From a virus (lineage: Duplodnaviria; Heunggongvirae; Uroviricota; Caudoviricetes): a stretch of DNA of 64,000 nucleotides. The position numbers and the translations under genes were made by a program. The stretch is taken from the IMG/VR virus record IMGVR_UViG_3300028833_000001, positions 255,171-319,170 of that record; one strand, written 5' to 3'. Below, in pieces: positions 27,312 to 38,362 of the stretch. Every line of letters begins with the position of its first letter. Position 1 is the stretch's first letter. The notes under the pieces are model-generated. The model did not search any database. It was not told where the DNA came from and saw only the letters and a list, made by a program, of their open reading frames with translations.

Positions 27312-30300
27312 CAAAACTTATAGAATTAGGGCGACAGTTGGCGAGGAATCGTTTATTCCGTTACATTTAGAGCAAGAATATGATGTTTTAGATGTTTTAT
27401 CGTTGAAAATTAGGAGTAAAGATACATTTAAATTGCACAACTCAAATGTTGGCATAATTGTTGGCAGAGTACAGGCAAATAATGGATTTGGGATACCGAA
27501 CGCTAAAGTTAGTGTTTTTATACAGTCAACAGAGCAGAATGGAACATTATTAAGGAATTTATATCCGTTCACGAATGCGGCCTCGAAAACAAAAGACGGC
27601 GTTAGGTATAATTTATTACCAGATGAGAAAACTGGCGATTGTCATCAAATTGTTGGCACGTTTCCTAATAAAAGATACGTTTTGGACAATGATATTATAT
27701 TAGAAGTATTTGACAAGTATTATAAATATACCACTAAGACTAACAACTCTGGCGATTATCTATTGGCTGGCATACCAACTGGAAGCCAAACAGTCCATGT
27801 CGATATTGATTTGTCTGATTGCGGTATTTTATCGCAAAGGCCTAGGGATTTTGTGTATAAAGGATACACAATAGAACAATTTGAAAGCCCAAATATGTTT
27901 AAAAGTGGAACCGAATATGGAAATTTAAGTCAGGTTTTCAGCCAAAACAAAAGTGTTTACGTATATCCATATTGGGGTAACGAATCTCTTGGCGAAGAGA
28001 TAGGGCTAACTAGACTTGATTTCGACATTGCGTATAAATTTGAGCCGACTTGTGTGTTTATTGGCAGTGTCATTAGCGATAATTCATCACAAGGTATATC
28101 AAAAAAATGTATACCGACTGAGAACATGGGCAATATGGACGAGCTTGTGTCTGGCAAGGGTACAATAGAGATGATTAGAAAAACCATTGGAGGTGATGTG
28201 GAAGAATTTCAAATTAACGGCACTGAATTAATCAATGGTGATGGTATTTGGTGTTATCAAATACCAATGAACCTTGATTACATGATGACAGACGAGTATG
28301 GAAATATGGTTCCAACAGATAGTCCAGACAAGGGGATTCCGACAAGAGCAAGGGTTCGATTTAGAGTCTCAATGGAAGATATGGAAGACAACACCAACAA
28401 CTTTTTCAGGGCTAAAATTTTGGTGCCACATAATCCGCAAAATACCGATGGTTCAAAACACGAATTATATGATTATGAATTTGGAAGTTTCACAAAGGAT
28501 GAGTCTTTTAGGGATTTGTTTTGGAATAATGTATATTCTGTAAAAAGTTATATACCAAGAATACAGAAGAAAAAGGTTCTTGGATGGAAAACTAAAAAAT
28601 TTACAGGAATAAAAGGATGCCAAAATTTTGGTTCAAATAATCCGCTTCCTTATAATAACATTAGAATACACTTGCCGCTAATGTTTACGGTAATGTGTTT
28701 GTTATTAAAGGCGTTCATTAGAATAACAGCTATTTTTAACTCAATTATAGCTGGAGTTGGAAATGCTATGGCAAACTTAGCCAATGTTATGTGGTCTACG
28801 CTTATATTGCAAAAGCCCGCCAAAAAGGTATATGCGTTGGCTAGAAATTTAAAACTTAATGTTATTGAAGATGGTATATGCCCAGATTTGGAAAATTGGT
28901 ATTTTGCTCCGTTATCTAAAAATAATATAAAAACTATAAATGTTAAGCATAAATTGTCAAGTGATGATGACGACGAATTTAATATATTGCAACAAACACT
29001 GGATAGTCTCGTACAAGATGATGGTACTGTAACGCCAAAAGACGAAATGTCGATTGACATAGAAAATGCAGACACAGAAGACGAATCTGTTTGCGTGACA
29101 ACATCCACAAATTATCTAATATCATGCATGGAAATGAATTTGGCTTTGGAATACAAAGTAATTAATTTTGATTTTTATAATGATTGGATTAATGGAGTGT
29201 TGTATTTCCCTCGTTGGATGAGAGATGTAAGGACTAAAAGAAGCATTAATGGAACGTTCTTTGCTGAAACAAAAATAAAATCATGCATGGATAATACGGC
29301 TATTTTTAGCAAGGCTAGACGATATACGCAATTGTGCTCTCTTGGATATGAAGCCAATAATTATGACTCACATACAACATTCTCTCGTGTTAATGTTAAA
29401 TTAAATAACAAATCACAAATAAATAAAGCGAATAAGTTTCATAAGAAAAGCGGTATTACACAGGTTAAAATATTTGGTAAAAACGGAGGAATCTGTCACC
29501 AGCATAAAACAATGATTGGTCAGTATGTCTATTATTTGAAACCGTGTGAATGGACATATAAAACGGCACCTCAGAATAGAAAGGTAACGTTATTCGCGAC
29601 AGATATAATTCTTTTAGGGTCCCTTAATTCGTGCGATTTGTTCGGTTTACCGCAAGCGTTTAGTCATCTTGGCGGAACAACGTATATTATGCCGCCAAAT
29701 TTAGCGCTGACTAATTTAGAAACAGAAAGCGCGCTTTTTACAGCAGAAAACGGTAGGTTATGTTCAAAGAAAAATAGTAGTTCGACCGACACGATGGGTT
29801 TGTCCATGATTGATGGTGAAATAAATAATCCGTTAACTTCTGAACTGTTAGCTTATAGTGGTGTTTCCGATAATTACGATGTTCAATTTAATGGGGACGA
29901 AAACGATACAATAGCGTTAACTGAATTAGCTGGAATATCATGGAATTATGTTGGGCCTGGCCAAGGCACAAATGTTCCAAAACACCTTTACTACCCAGGT
30001 GGCCATTTTCTAGGGTTATCATGTGCTAATTCTCAAACAAACATTAAATCATGTGTTAATTTAGAAAGGATATGTGAGGCTGGGGCTTCCATGTCACAAA
30101 GAAAAGATGAAGTTTCTGCTGTGATTGATGGTGATGTAAAGTACGTTTACACCGTACCAAGTGGTTTGATATCTGGAGGTGATATAGTCGACCCAGATTT
30201 TAGGGCCATGTTTGCCACTATGAACCAAAAAAGATTGATAGCGGATACCATAAACAAAGACACTGGTTATTTAAATTATGATTTTTTATTTGTCAAACCA

Positions 30301-33207
30301 AATAATTTTAATGGCGAACTAAATACTTATGGTTCAAGTGTGTCATATAATAAAAGGATACAAATAACTGATGAAAGTGAAACGTTAAGTGCATTCGGAA
30401 TATCCGATTCTAGTGAGTTGCAAGATACAGATGCCACAGAGACAGGTTATACACAAGTTAAAACGATTGAAAAAAACAGTGTAGATTATTATAGGTTTAG
30501 ACTTGGACTTGATTATGATAATCTTAACAAAACCAATGGTAAACATATTAGACAATTTGCGGTAACTAAAGGAAATAAGTATTATTTACCACAGTATGAA
30601 AATAGCTTTTATTTTTATTTTGGTTTAAAAGCTGGTGCGACAGCAATTGACGAATTTAATAAACAATTTTTTTCAGAGTGCGAGCAGTCTAATTTAATTG
30701 AATATGACTATGGTGTTAGAGTGCATGTCGATGACTATAATTTTGTGTCTGGTAGCTCACAAGTCACTTTTGAAATAGTAAACATGACGCCAGGATATAT
30801 ATATTCAATCAACACGTTAGACGATAAGCAATATGTAACAGGCACGACTGAAGATAGTGAATTTGTTTTAGACATACCATATGGCTCGTATTATATAATA
30901 ATTCGTGATAGTGAAGGTCTTAACAGTAAGGCAGATTTTGTTGTTGGTGAAAATGTTAAAACTGGAGTTTTAAATGTGCAGAATTTTACATTGCCAATTA
31001 GTAAAACAAGAGGCCTAGACAGAAATTATGCTAACAAAAATCTTTTTTATGGTGGTTTTGTTGAACTTTCTGAAGCTATATTGGATTCAGATGTTCAGTT
31101 TGTAAATAAATATTTAGTTTTATTCAATAAAGACTCTGACCCAGAAACAACTTATCCGATATTTAATACAATTATAAACGATTCTGGGTATGCCATATAT
31201 TATTTGAAATATAAAGATGTCGAAAGTGATGCCTATATAAGATATAAATGCATTGGCGGCGATTATGTATGGATTTTTCTCGAAACTATAACAATTACGG
31301 ATAATAGTAGACTTGGTCTAAGTATTGGTTCGCCAATTAGTTATAATTTTTCTAGCATAGCATCTGCGAGTTCTATTGTTTGGTGGGATAACGGAAATAC
31401 TAACACTAATTTTAATGATTCGGCTTTATCTGGGTGGTCCATAAGAAATGCGATTATAAAAAGAAATTCGTCTGCTTATACATATTCTAGCGGAGTTTTC
31501 CCAGTTGGCGGTGATAAGATGCTGTTTGGGTCGTTGCAAAACTATAATAACATTTATATTGCACAAAATAAAAAATTATATTCAAGTGATTATATAGAGG
31601 ACTGGGAAAACGGATATACTCTTGATGATTCGGTGTCTTATTGGGCCACATACGGTAAAAACTATACGCCAAGTATAAATCAATATCAAGCAATCACCGT
31701 TGACGGTTTTGACGTAATGGGAAAATGGGTTGCAAAAGTTTCTGGTAAAACTGGCATAACAAAAGAGGTTGTTTTGGAGTTAGAAGATACAAGTTCACTA
31801 AGAGACGGTGGTGGGTGTGTTCTTAAATCTGTTACTTCTCCTGCAATTGTTGGTTGTGTTTATCACGAAGATAACCATACAATCGAATGCTTATGCGACA
31901 TTAATGAGGCCAATAGTATAGAATATGGGATTGTTTATCCAACAATTCATTATCCTGTGATTAAAAAAGATTTTACAGTAAGTACGAATTATTTTTATTT
32001 TTCGATTAAAAATTTATTACTACCTACAAGCACGAATGATAATTCTCTTGTTGTTGAAACCGTTGACGTGCATGAATTTTTAGAGTGTTTAGTTCGTAAT
32101 GGATTAACATATAAGGGCTTTTATTCTGGAAAATCATTTATAAGTGGTGCGTTCAAGTATATGCCGTACAGTGAAATTGTAGCTAAAAATGGTGAAATAA
32201 GAAAGAAAGCAAAACCAAATATGTCACTTTTTTATCTTGGCGAGAATTATGATATGGCTGGCATCGGGCCACAATCAACTTCAACTAGTATATTTGAGTT
32301 TTCAGAGGTAAATGCGTTTCCAGATTACAATAGGCATTACGAGTTCATCGAGGGTTTCCCATTGCATAAAAGTGGAAGCACGTATTTAGCGTATTCTGCC
32401 ACAACTGGTAGTTTATATGAAAATGCTTCGTTATATGAAGATGTCGCAGAAAAAAGGTCATTGCAATTATCACCGAATTTTTATGATGAAATTAACTACG
32501 CAATAGATTCTGCGTCAACACATCTTAGATTTGTAGGCGTTGGAGCAAGCGATTATGATGTTGAATATTATTATTGTGATAGGAGTGATGAAGATTTGCA
32601 AAGATTAATGATAACTGGATATTTACCGCTTGACCGTAAATATGTATATGCCGTTAGAGATGAGTATGATAATTTTAGGGAATTTTATATGTTGTGTAAA
32701 TATACATCAAAGAACCCGACAGCGTTAATCGGGGCGGAGTTTTCGATAAAAGTTTCTAAAGTTGCATTTAAGAAGTGGTATATGGCAAATGTTCCAGTGT
32801 TTACAGTTACTGAGGATGAATTAGGAGAGAGTTCTTATACACCAACATTTGTTGAATGCTTATACGAGAAAGGTAGCGACTACGATGTCACTGATATGCC
32901 AACAATGGCCACTATAATTGAATATCACACAAGTGGTCATGTTAAATGTGTACATAATGTATCACCAAAAGTAGAGAATATTATAGAGCCTGGAAAACAA
33001 ACTGACTTGAATTCTTTTACGTCAACATTATTACCAAAATTAACTAATGATAAAAAAATAACGCTAAATACAACGTTAGAAAATACTGGAATAAATCCAG
33101 ACGATATTTTTATTGTTGGTATAGCAAGATATAATAGTGATATGTTGGCTAGCGGAAATGTATGCAAGATTTATTCTACATTAAGACAGATAGCATATAT
33201 TGAATAA
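27298..33207 (+). CDS. Very large virion/baseplate protein (1969 aa) with N-terminal carboxypeptidase-regulatory-like beta-sandwich
   Basis: GIIVGRV...GIPNAKVSVF...TKTNNSGDY; position in the baseplate operon. Confidence 0.65.
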   Translation: MSEINKTYRIRATVGEESFIPLHLEQEYDVLDVLSLKIRSKDTFKLHNSNVGIIVGRVQANNGFGIPNAKVSVFIQSTEQNGTLLRNLYPFTNAASKTKDGVRYNLLPDEKTGDCHQIVGTFPNKRYVLDNDIILEVFDKYYKYTTKTNNSGDYLLAGIPTGSQTVHVDIDLSDCGILSQRPRDFVYKGYTIEQFESPNMFKSGTEYGNLSQVFSQNKSVYVYPYWGNESLGEEIGLTRLDFDIAYKFEPTCVFIGSVISDNSSQGISKKCIPTENMGNMDELVSGKGTIEMIRKTIGGDVEEFQINGTELINGDGIWCYQIPMNLDYMMTDEYGNMVPTDSPDKGIPTRARVRFRVSMEDMEDNTNNFFRAKILVPHNPQNTDGSKHELYDYEFGSFTKDESFRDLFWNNVYSVKSYIPRIQKKKVLGWKTKKFTGIKGCQNFGSNNPLPYNNIRIHLPLMFTVMCLLLKAFIRITAIFNSIIAGVGNAMANLANVMWSTLILQKPAKKVYALARNLKLNVIEDGICPDLENWYFAPLSKNNIKTINVKHKLSSDDDDEFNILQQTLDSLVQDDGTVTPKDEMSIDIENADTEDESVCVTTSTNYLISCMEMNLALEYKVINFDFYNDWINGVLYFPRWMRDVRTKRSINGTFFAETKIKSCMDNTAIFSKARRYTQLCSLGYEANNYDSHTTFSRVNVKLNNKSQINKANKFHKKSGITQVKIFGKNGGICHQHKTMIGQYVYYLKPCEWTYKTAPQNRKVTLFATDIILLGSLNSCDLFGLPQAFSHLGGTTYIMPPNLALTNLETESALFTAENGRLCSKKNSSSTDTMGLSMIDGEINNPLTSELLAYSGVSDNYDVQFNGDENDTIALTELAGISWNYVGPGQGTNVPKHLYYPGGHFLGLSCANSQTNIKSCVNLERICEAGASMSQRKDEVSAVIDGDVKYVYTVPSGLISGGDIVDPDFRAMFATMNQKRLIADTINKDTGYLNYDFLFVKPNNFNGELNTYGSSVSYNKRIQITDESETLSAFGISDSSELQDTDATETGYTQVKTIEKNSVDYYRFRLGLDYDNLNKTNGKHIRQFAVTKGNKYYLPQYENSFYFYFGLKAGATAIDEFNKQFFSECEQSNLIEYDYGVRVHVDDYNFVSGSSQVTFEIVNMTPGYIYSINTLDDKQYVTGTTEDSEFVLDIPYGSYYIIIRDSEGLNSKADFVVGENVKTGVLNVQNFTLPISKTRGLDRNYANKNLFYGGFVELSEAILDSDVQFVNKYLVLFNKDSDPETTYPIFNTIINDSGYAIYYLKYKDVESDAYIRYKCIGGDYVWIFLETITITDNSRLGLSIGSPISYNFSSIASASSIVWWDNGNTNTNFNDSALSGWSIRNAIIKRNSSAYTYSSGVFPVGGDKMLFGSLQNYNNIYIAQNKKLYSSDYIEDWENGYTLDDSVSYWATYGKNYTPSINQYQAITVDGFDVMGKWVAKVSGKTGITKEVVLELEDTSSLRDGGGCVLKSVTSPAIVGCVYHEDNHTIECLCDINEANSIEYGIVYPTIHYPVIKKDFTVSTNYFYFSIKNLLLPTSTNDNSLVVETVDVHEFLECLVRNGLTYKGFYSGKSFISGAFKYMPYSEIVAKNGEIRKKAKPNMSLFYLGENYDMAGIGPQSTSTSIFEFSEVNAFPDYNRHYEFIEGFPLHKSGSTYLAYSATTGSLYENASLYEDVAEKRSLQLSPNFYDEINYAIDSASTHLRFVGVGASDYDVEYYYCDRSDEDLQRLMITGYLPLDRKYVYAVRDEYDNFREFYMLCKYTSKNPTALIGAEFSIKVSKVAFKKWYMANVPVFTVTEDELGESSYTPTFVECLYEKGSDYDVTDMPTMATIIEYHTSGHVKCVHNVSPKVENIIEPGKQTDLNSFTSTLLPKLTNDKKITLNTTLENTGINPDDIFIVGIARYNSDMLASGNVCKIYSTLRQIAYIE

Positions 33208-33230
33208 ATAAACTAACACAAGGGTTATAC

Positions 33231-35942
33231 ATGGAAAGAAAGATTTTTTTGGAGAAGAACAACAGCGTTAATTCGATTAATCGTGAATCGAGAATGTCTA
33301 TAGGATTGTCTGTTAATGAGAAATTGTTAAAAGGTAATAATGTAGACACAGAATTTTCTTTGTTTGAAGAGTATAACGCTGAAAGGGATTCGTGCGACAA
33401 ATATCGTTTCTTGCTGAAAATAAATCCGATATGCACGAATGTTCTGTTTAACACTCAAACAGAGGTTGTTTATCTTGAGGGCTCTGATAGTGCTACTGTT
33501 ATATCTGACCAATCAACTATTTCGCCAAACACAATTAATGGTGGGCAAAATAACATACAAAATTCAACTGTCATAAACAGAAAACAAGCTATACGAGATA
33601 CTGAATATTCTCATAATAGCAATGGCGATTTTTCTTATCATTGCGGTGTTGATATGTTCAATAACCATCAAATACGTAATATAGGTTTTTCGCATGTTAA
33701 CCAAATTAGTACTTCAATGTCCAATCAGGATTATGCAATGCAAAAGGGTGTTTATAACACCATTAAAGATTTTATGAGAGACGGAAGCGGTATGCCTATT
33801 ACTGGGGATGTCAATCCAAGGTACAACAGTAATAGTTATAACACTAAATTACATTTATACACTACTGATAACATAAGAACGATGAAAAGAGCTTATGTTG
33901 AAGAAATTTCTGAACAAAATGGGTGGATAGGTTTTTTTAATAAAAGCAATATTGACATTAAGAACAATGAAGAGGATACAGCGAGGATTAATTGTGTTAT
34001 AAACAACAAAAAACCGTGCGAATATATTGATTTGTATCCAGATAGAAGTCTATTTTCATTTGTTCCAAAGTATAACAAATATAGGAAAAGGGACGAAAAA
34101 AATTGGGATTATTGTATAACATACCCATTTTTAAAGGATTACGATTTAGTTGATACTATTTGTTGCGGTAGAACTCAAGCCATTAGATGTTCAGTTAAAG
34201 AAACGGTAACGCCAACTGGAAATGCCGTTATAGAATGTTCATCGTTATTTAAACATACCTTAAAAGAAGGAAGTGTAATAAACGTGTATTATTATGAGGT
34301 GGGTATGCACAATACACTGACGTTCAAAAAGTATCCTGGTAAAGTAACTGTATATTATGTTGGTGATGTTAACGGTTTAAACAATGATAATGTATTCAAT
34401 ATTAGATACGATGAAATTAGCGACATACTAGACAACATAATAAATTATGGACTTTATTATAAAAAAGTTGAAAACGGTGAAGAATGTGAATACTACTTTA
34501 GAAAATATAAGAAATTATTTGGTGTTAATAATAGCGGGAATAGAACAAAAGAACTCAAAAGCAATGTCGGGGCAGTGGCTTTTGGGCAGACAATTTACGG
34601 AGATGCAACAGCCCAAGTAACGTTTATTGATGATATTGACGTTTCTGGGTTAGTTGACCATCATGGAAGGCCGTTGTCTGAAGTGTATTTTACTGTCATT
34701 AAAAGAAATGCTGGGCACAATTTATGGTATTATCAAGACAATACATCGTCATCAGCCATCGAATTTTCGCATTGTTTCGGAAAAGTAACCAGCGGAGTTA
34801 AACTATATGGTGATAATAAAATTAATTTTGATTACAATATTAATAAATTGCATAATATTAATTCAAAGGTAAATATCCATCCGATTCCGTATAACCACGT
34901 TTATGACGTTCTTGGAGATGCAGTATTGTCTGGCACGCCAAAAGTTATTGAAAATAATATAACAAATTTAGATTCAATATTTTACGGGAATTTAGTTGAA
35001 TTTAATAAATCTGAGTATGAAGAGACTGAGTTAACTCCAGTTTTTCACAGATTTAATACTGAGCAGCGCGAATATTGTAAAGACAATAAATACGCTGAGA
35101 TATTTCATGATGAAATTAGGTTTGACGATTATGATTTTAAGAATTCTAATAATACTCAGTTTGAAGTAAATGAGCTTGATTATTCTAATATTTCAATTAG
35201 CGGAACAAATATTAAAGTATTCGGAAATTTACGGCCAGAGGGTTATTTTTATAACCCGCACACAAAAATCGCAATAAAAAAAGAAAGCGAAATAGTAAAA
35301 ACAGCAAAAGCCAAATATTTGAATTTTATTTCAATATCTGGAGCGTTTTACACAGTAAAAAACTGTACCATAGTATCTATTGAAGTGCCAACTGGTTATC
35401 AAATTTTGCGTGGAGAGCATATTGCCGTGTATGATAGAGGTGATGGGATAAATATACATGATATTAAATGGGGTGAAGTATGCAAGGTAAACGGTAATTT
35501 ACTTGAAATAGAATTTCAAGGAAGCCCATTTGGGTCGTTTCCAGTACAATATGGCGGAGTATACGATATAACATACATATTGCAAGAAGAAAGTGATGGG
35601 GTTAGGAGATTTTATATGTTCTACTCGAATGATGGTGTTCCTAATTATGCCACATTTGTTAAATCAAATTTAACATTTGTTTGGAGGGGATTAGATTTGA
35701 TGTCTGAATGCAATTATGGAGATGAATTATATAACATACCATTTGCCAATGGCAGATTGTATGTTGAGAAAAACATTAATTTTTTTGTCAAAAGACAAGA
35801 CCCTAACGGAAAATTCGGCTTATTATATGGGCTAAATGCAACTTATAACAACCCAGTGAATTTATTTAGTTTACCAGGGACAGAATTTGATATGTCACAA
35901 GCAGAAGAATTTTACAATAATTTAAATAATGTTTGCTATTAA
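33231..35942 (+). CDS. Putative virion structural protein (903 aa)
   Basis: Operon context; no specific motif recognised. Confidence 0.6.
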   Translation: MERKIFLEKNNSVNSINRESRMSIGLSVNEKLLKGNNVDTEFSLFEEYNAERDSCDKYRFLLKINPICTNVLFNTQTEVVYLEGSDSATVISDQSTISPNTINGGQNNIQNSTVINRKQAIRDTEYSHNSNGDFSYHCGVDMFNNHQIRNIGFSHVNQISTSMSNQDYAMQKGVYNTIKDFMRDGSGMPITGDVNPRYNSNSYNTKLHLYTTDNIRTMKRAYVEEISEQNGWIGFFNKSNIDIKNNEEDTARINCVINNKKPCEYIDLYPDRSLFSFVPKYNKYRKRDEKNWDYCITYPFLKDYDLVDTICCGRTQAIRCSVKETVTPTGNAVIECSSLFKHTLKEGSVINVYYYEVGMHNTLTFKKYPGKVTVYYVGDVNGLNNDNVFNIRYDEISDILDNIINYGLYYKKVENGEECEYYFRKYKKLFGVNNSGNRTKELKSNVGAVAFGQTIYGDATAQVTFIDDIDVSGLVDHHGRPLSEVYFTVIKRNAGHNLWYYQDNTSSSAIEFSHCFGKVTSGVKLYGDNKINFDYNINKLHNINSKVNIHPIPYNHVYDVLGDAVLSGTPKVIENNITNLDSIFYGNLVEFNKSEYEETELTPVFHRFNTEQREYCKDNKYAEIFHDEIRFDDYDFKNSNNTQFEVNELDYSNISISGTNIKVFGNLRPEGYFYNPHTKIAIKKESEIVKTAKAKYLNFISISGAFYTVKNCTIVSIEVPTGYQILRGEHIAVYDRGDGINIHDIKWGEVCKVNGNLLEIEFQGSPFGSFPVQYGGVYDITYILQEESDGVRRFYMFYSNDGVPNYATFVKSNLTFVWRGLDLMSECNYGDELYNIPFANGRLYVEKNINFFVKRQDPNGKFGLLYGLNATYNNPVNLFSLPGTEFDMSQAEEFYNNLNNVCY

Positions 35943-38335
35943 TGGAACACATTAAAATTAATCTTGTAAATCCAGTTTATGGCGTTCGTGAAATGCCAAT
36001 ACATTGTTTTTTTATTGAAAACAATATGTTAAAGATAGTTTTTGTTGACGATGAAAACCATAAAATGAATATTGGACAGCATTTAACGTTTGTGCGGTAT
36101 ATTTACGACGATAACGACATATCTACATCTATTCAAGATAATATAGAAGTAATTTCGTTTGATAAATACTATGATAATGGTGTTGAGTACGATTGCGTCT
36201 ATACAACAATACCGCAAAAACGTCGTTTATCGCTAGATAGGACTACGACAGAAAATGTTGTATATTGGGATAAAATTGATAACAGGTATGTTGTTGTTGA
36301 TAATCCGACATTAGGATTTTATGATTATGTTTTCGATGAAAATAATGTTACTGGAATTGATTTATCGTCATTAACAAACGAAGAAATCGATTCTCTTCCA
36401 GAGCATTTATACACAATTGAGGAAAGTATTTACGGTATTAGAAAATTCAAAACGCTGTTCCCAGCTGGAACAATACCAAGTTCAGATATACTGACTTCTA
36501 TTATTATAGAAGCTATGACTAATGAAGGCATAGAAATTCCAGAAGAATATTTAGGAGATAATATATATGATTATATCGATGAGGGCCTTGGTGGCGATAA
36601 TTATGATGGAATGGATTCTACTTTGGACCATTTATACGATATAGGCGCATTTGACATTGATAGATATGACGAATATTTCGTTTTAACGTTTAATGAAAAA
36701 CATGATATCTATCAACAAGATATCGATTTACTGGCCAGCAGCCAAATGACTGGAGAATATTATATTAATGTGTACGATTCAGAAATGAGTAAAATTGGTT
36801 ATTTTCTTGCATTGCATATTCCTTACGTCGATAATTTGCTTCCAGTAGATAAAAAAACGACTTTAACTGAATGGGTTGAACAAACATGCGGTATGTTTGA
36901 TATGGATGGAAATCCATACGATATTACGTATCATAAATATGTTTTTGCCCCAAACAGATTTAGCAAAAAAAGTATTATAGTTAGAAAAGCTGAAACTGGA
37001 TATGTCAGTGAATCACCTATAGATACACCACAAACACTTAATATAAAAAAAATAGAATATCTTTTAGAGCATGGTTTCTGGTTTGAGCCAGCATATACAC
37101 CGTTTTTTTATACAACAACAATTAATAACTCAGAATGGTGCACAATGTGGGACGATATATGGTGGGATTATTATGAAAACAACAACGGAGCTATCCCACA
37201 AAAAAACATTTGGTTTAACAGTGGTAATACACATGTGGCTCTTACAATAGATAATAGTTATTGGAATGTTCCGACATTATTTTCATCTAATGATGAATTT
37301 ACGTCGCTTAATACCGACGAAGACGGTGTTTATAATTTCATTGAAAATACGATATCAAACTCATTACCAAAAGCTATTGATTTTGAAAGAGTTAAATATT
37401 TTCCAGTCATTTTTAATGAAACGCCATCTGGAAACTACACTAAAGCAAGTGAAATAATATATAGGCTACATTTCAGACAGAGAGTCAAAAAAAATGGGCA
37501 AGAAGTGTCTAATATTCCAGAAGAATATAGGCCATATGAAGATGGTTGGTATGTTAATCAAGAATCAGGAAGTACTGTGTGGTGGAATGAAATGCAATAC
37601 TCTTTAACAAAACTAACCAATTCAGAAATGACGGCTTTTGTTTTATCGCAAAACAAAAAATCCGATATGTTGGGGTATCTTAATTTTAATGATGATGATG
37701 TGTTTTTTAGCAAAACTAAACTAACAAAATCTTTTGTTAGATTTTCATTCTACACATCAAAAGACCCTATAGAGCAAAAACTTCTTTATTATTCTACTTC
37801 GTTTTTTGATATTCATGAATTAAGGCAAAAATATATTAAACTTTTGATAAAAAACGGTAGAAAACCAGAAAAAAATGAGCGACCGTTTGTGCTAACTGAT
37901 GATAATGAAAATAGACTTGACAGTACAATAAAATTAACTGATGAACATAATTCAGATAAGTCCAGCGATGGTTTCAATATATACCTATTTTTAGAAGATG
38001 CTCCAATAGAAAATAGTGAAAAAACTATTTATATGAAAGTTGAATTTAACCATGCTGGGAACGGAAAAACTATACCAATGATATTATGGCCTAAAAACAA
38101 TAACGGAAATTATGTCAGTCTTACAACGTCTAATTTTCTTAGTAGTCTTTACATTCCAATTATAATTAAATACATTAATGGAGAATATGTGTATGAAATA
38201 GTTGGTTCACAAGTAAATGGCGATATAATTGAGGTTAGTTTATTTGAGCCAAAACTTGATATAGAAGGTGACGATTTCGTACCAACAACTGGTAATACAG
38301 ATTCAACGAGTGATACACAAACACAAAACACATAA
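35942..38335 (+). CDS. Putative virion structural protein
   Basis: TAATG coupling with the upstream gene places the start at 35942; operon context. Confidence 0.6.
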   Translation: MEHIKINLVNPVYGVREMPIHCFFIENNMLKIVFVDDENHKMNIGQHLTFVRYIYDDNDISTSIQDNIEVISFDKYYDNGVEYDCVYTTIPQKRRLSLDRTTTENVVYWDKIDNRYVVVDNPTLGFYDYVFDENNVTGIDLSSLTNEEIDSLPEHLYTIEESIYGIRKFKTLFPAGTIPSSDILTSIIIEAMTNEGIEIPEEYLGDNIYDYIDEGLGGDNYDGMDSTLDHLYDIGAFDIDRYDEYFVLTFNEKHDIYQQDIDLLASSQMTGEYYINVYDSEMSKIGYFLALHIPYVDNLLPVDKKTTLTEWVEQTCGMFDMDGNPYDITYHKYVFAPNRFSKKSIIVRKAETGYVSESPIDTPQTLNIKKIEYLLEHGFWFEPAYTPFFYTTTINNSEWCTMWDDIWWDYYENNNGAIPQKNIWFNSGNTHVALTIDNSYWNVPTLFSSNDEFTSLNTDEDGVYNFIENTISNSLPKAIDFERVKYFPVIFNETPSGNYTKASEIIYRLHFRQRVKKNGQEVSNIPEEYRPYEDGWYVNQESGSTVWWNEMQYSLTKLTNSEMTAFVLSQNKKSDMLGYLNFNDDDVFFSKTKLTKSFVRFSFYTSKDPIEQKLLYYSTSFFDIHELRQKYIKLLIKNGRKPEKNERPFVLTDDNENRLDSTIKLTDEHNSDKSSDGFNIYLFLEDAPIENSEKTIYMKVEFNHAGNGKTIPMILWPKNNNGNYVSLTTSNFLSSLYIPIIIKYINGEYVYEIVGSQVNGDIIEVSLFEPKLDIEGDDFVPTTGNTDSTSDTQTQNT

Positions 38336-38362
38336 ATAATAATATGATAGTTAATACTATAA

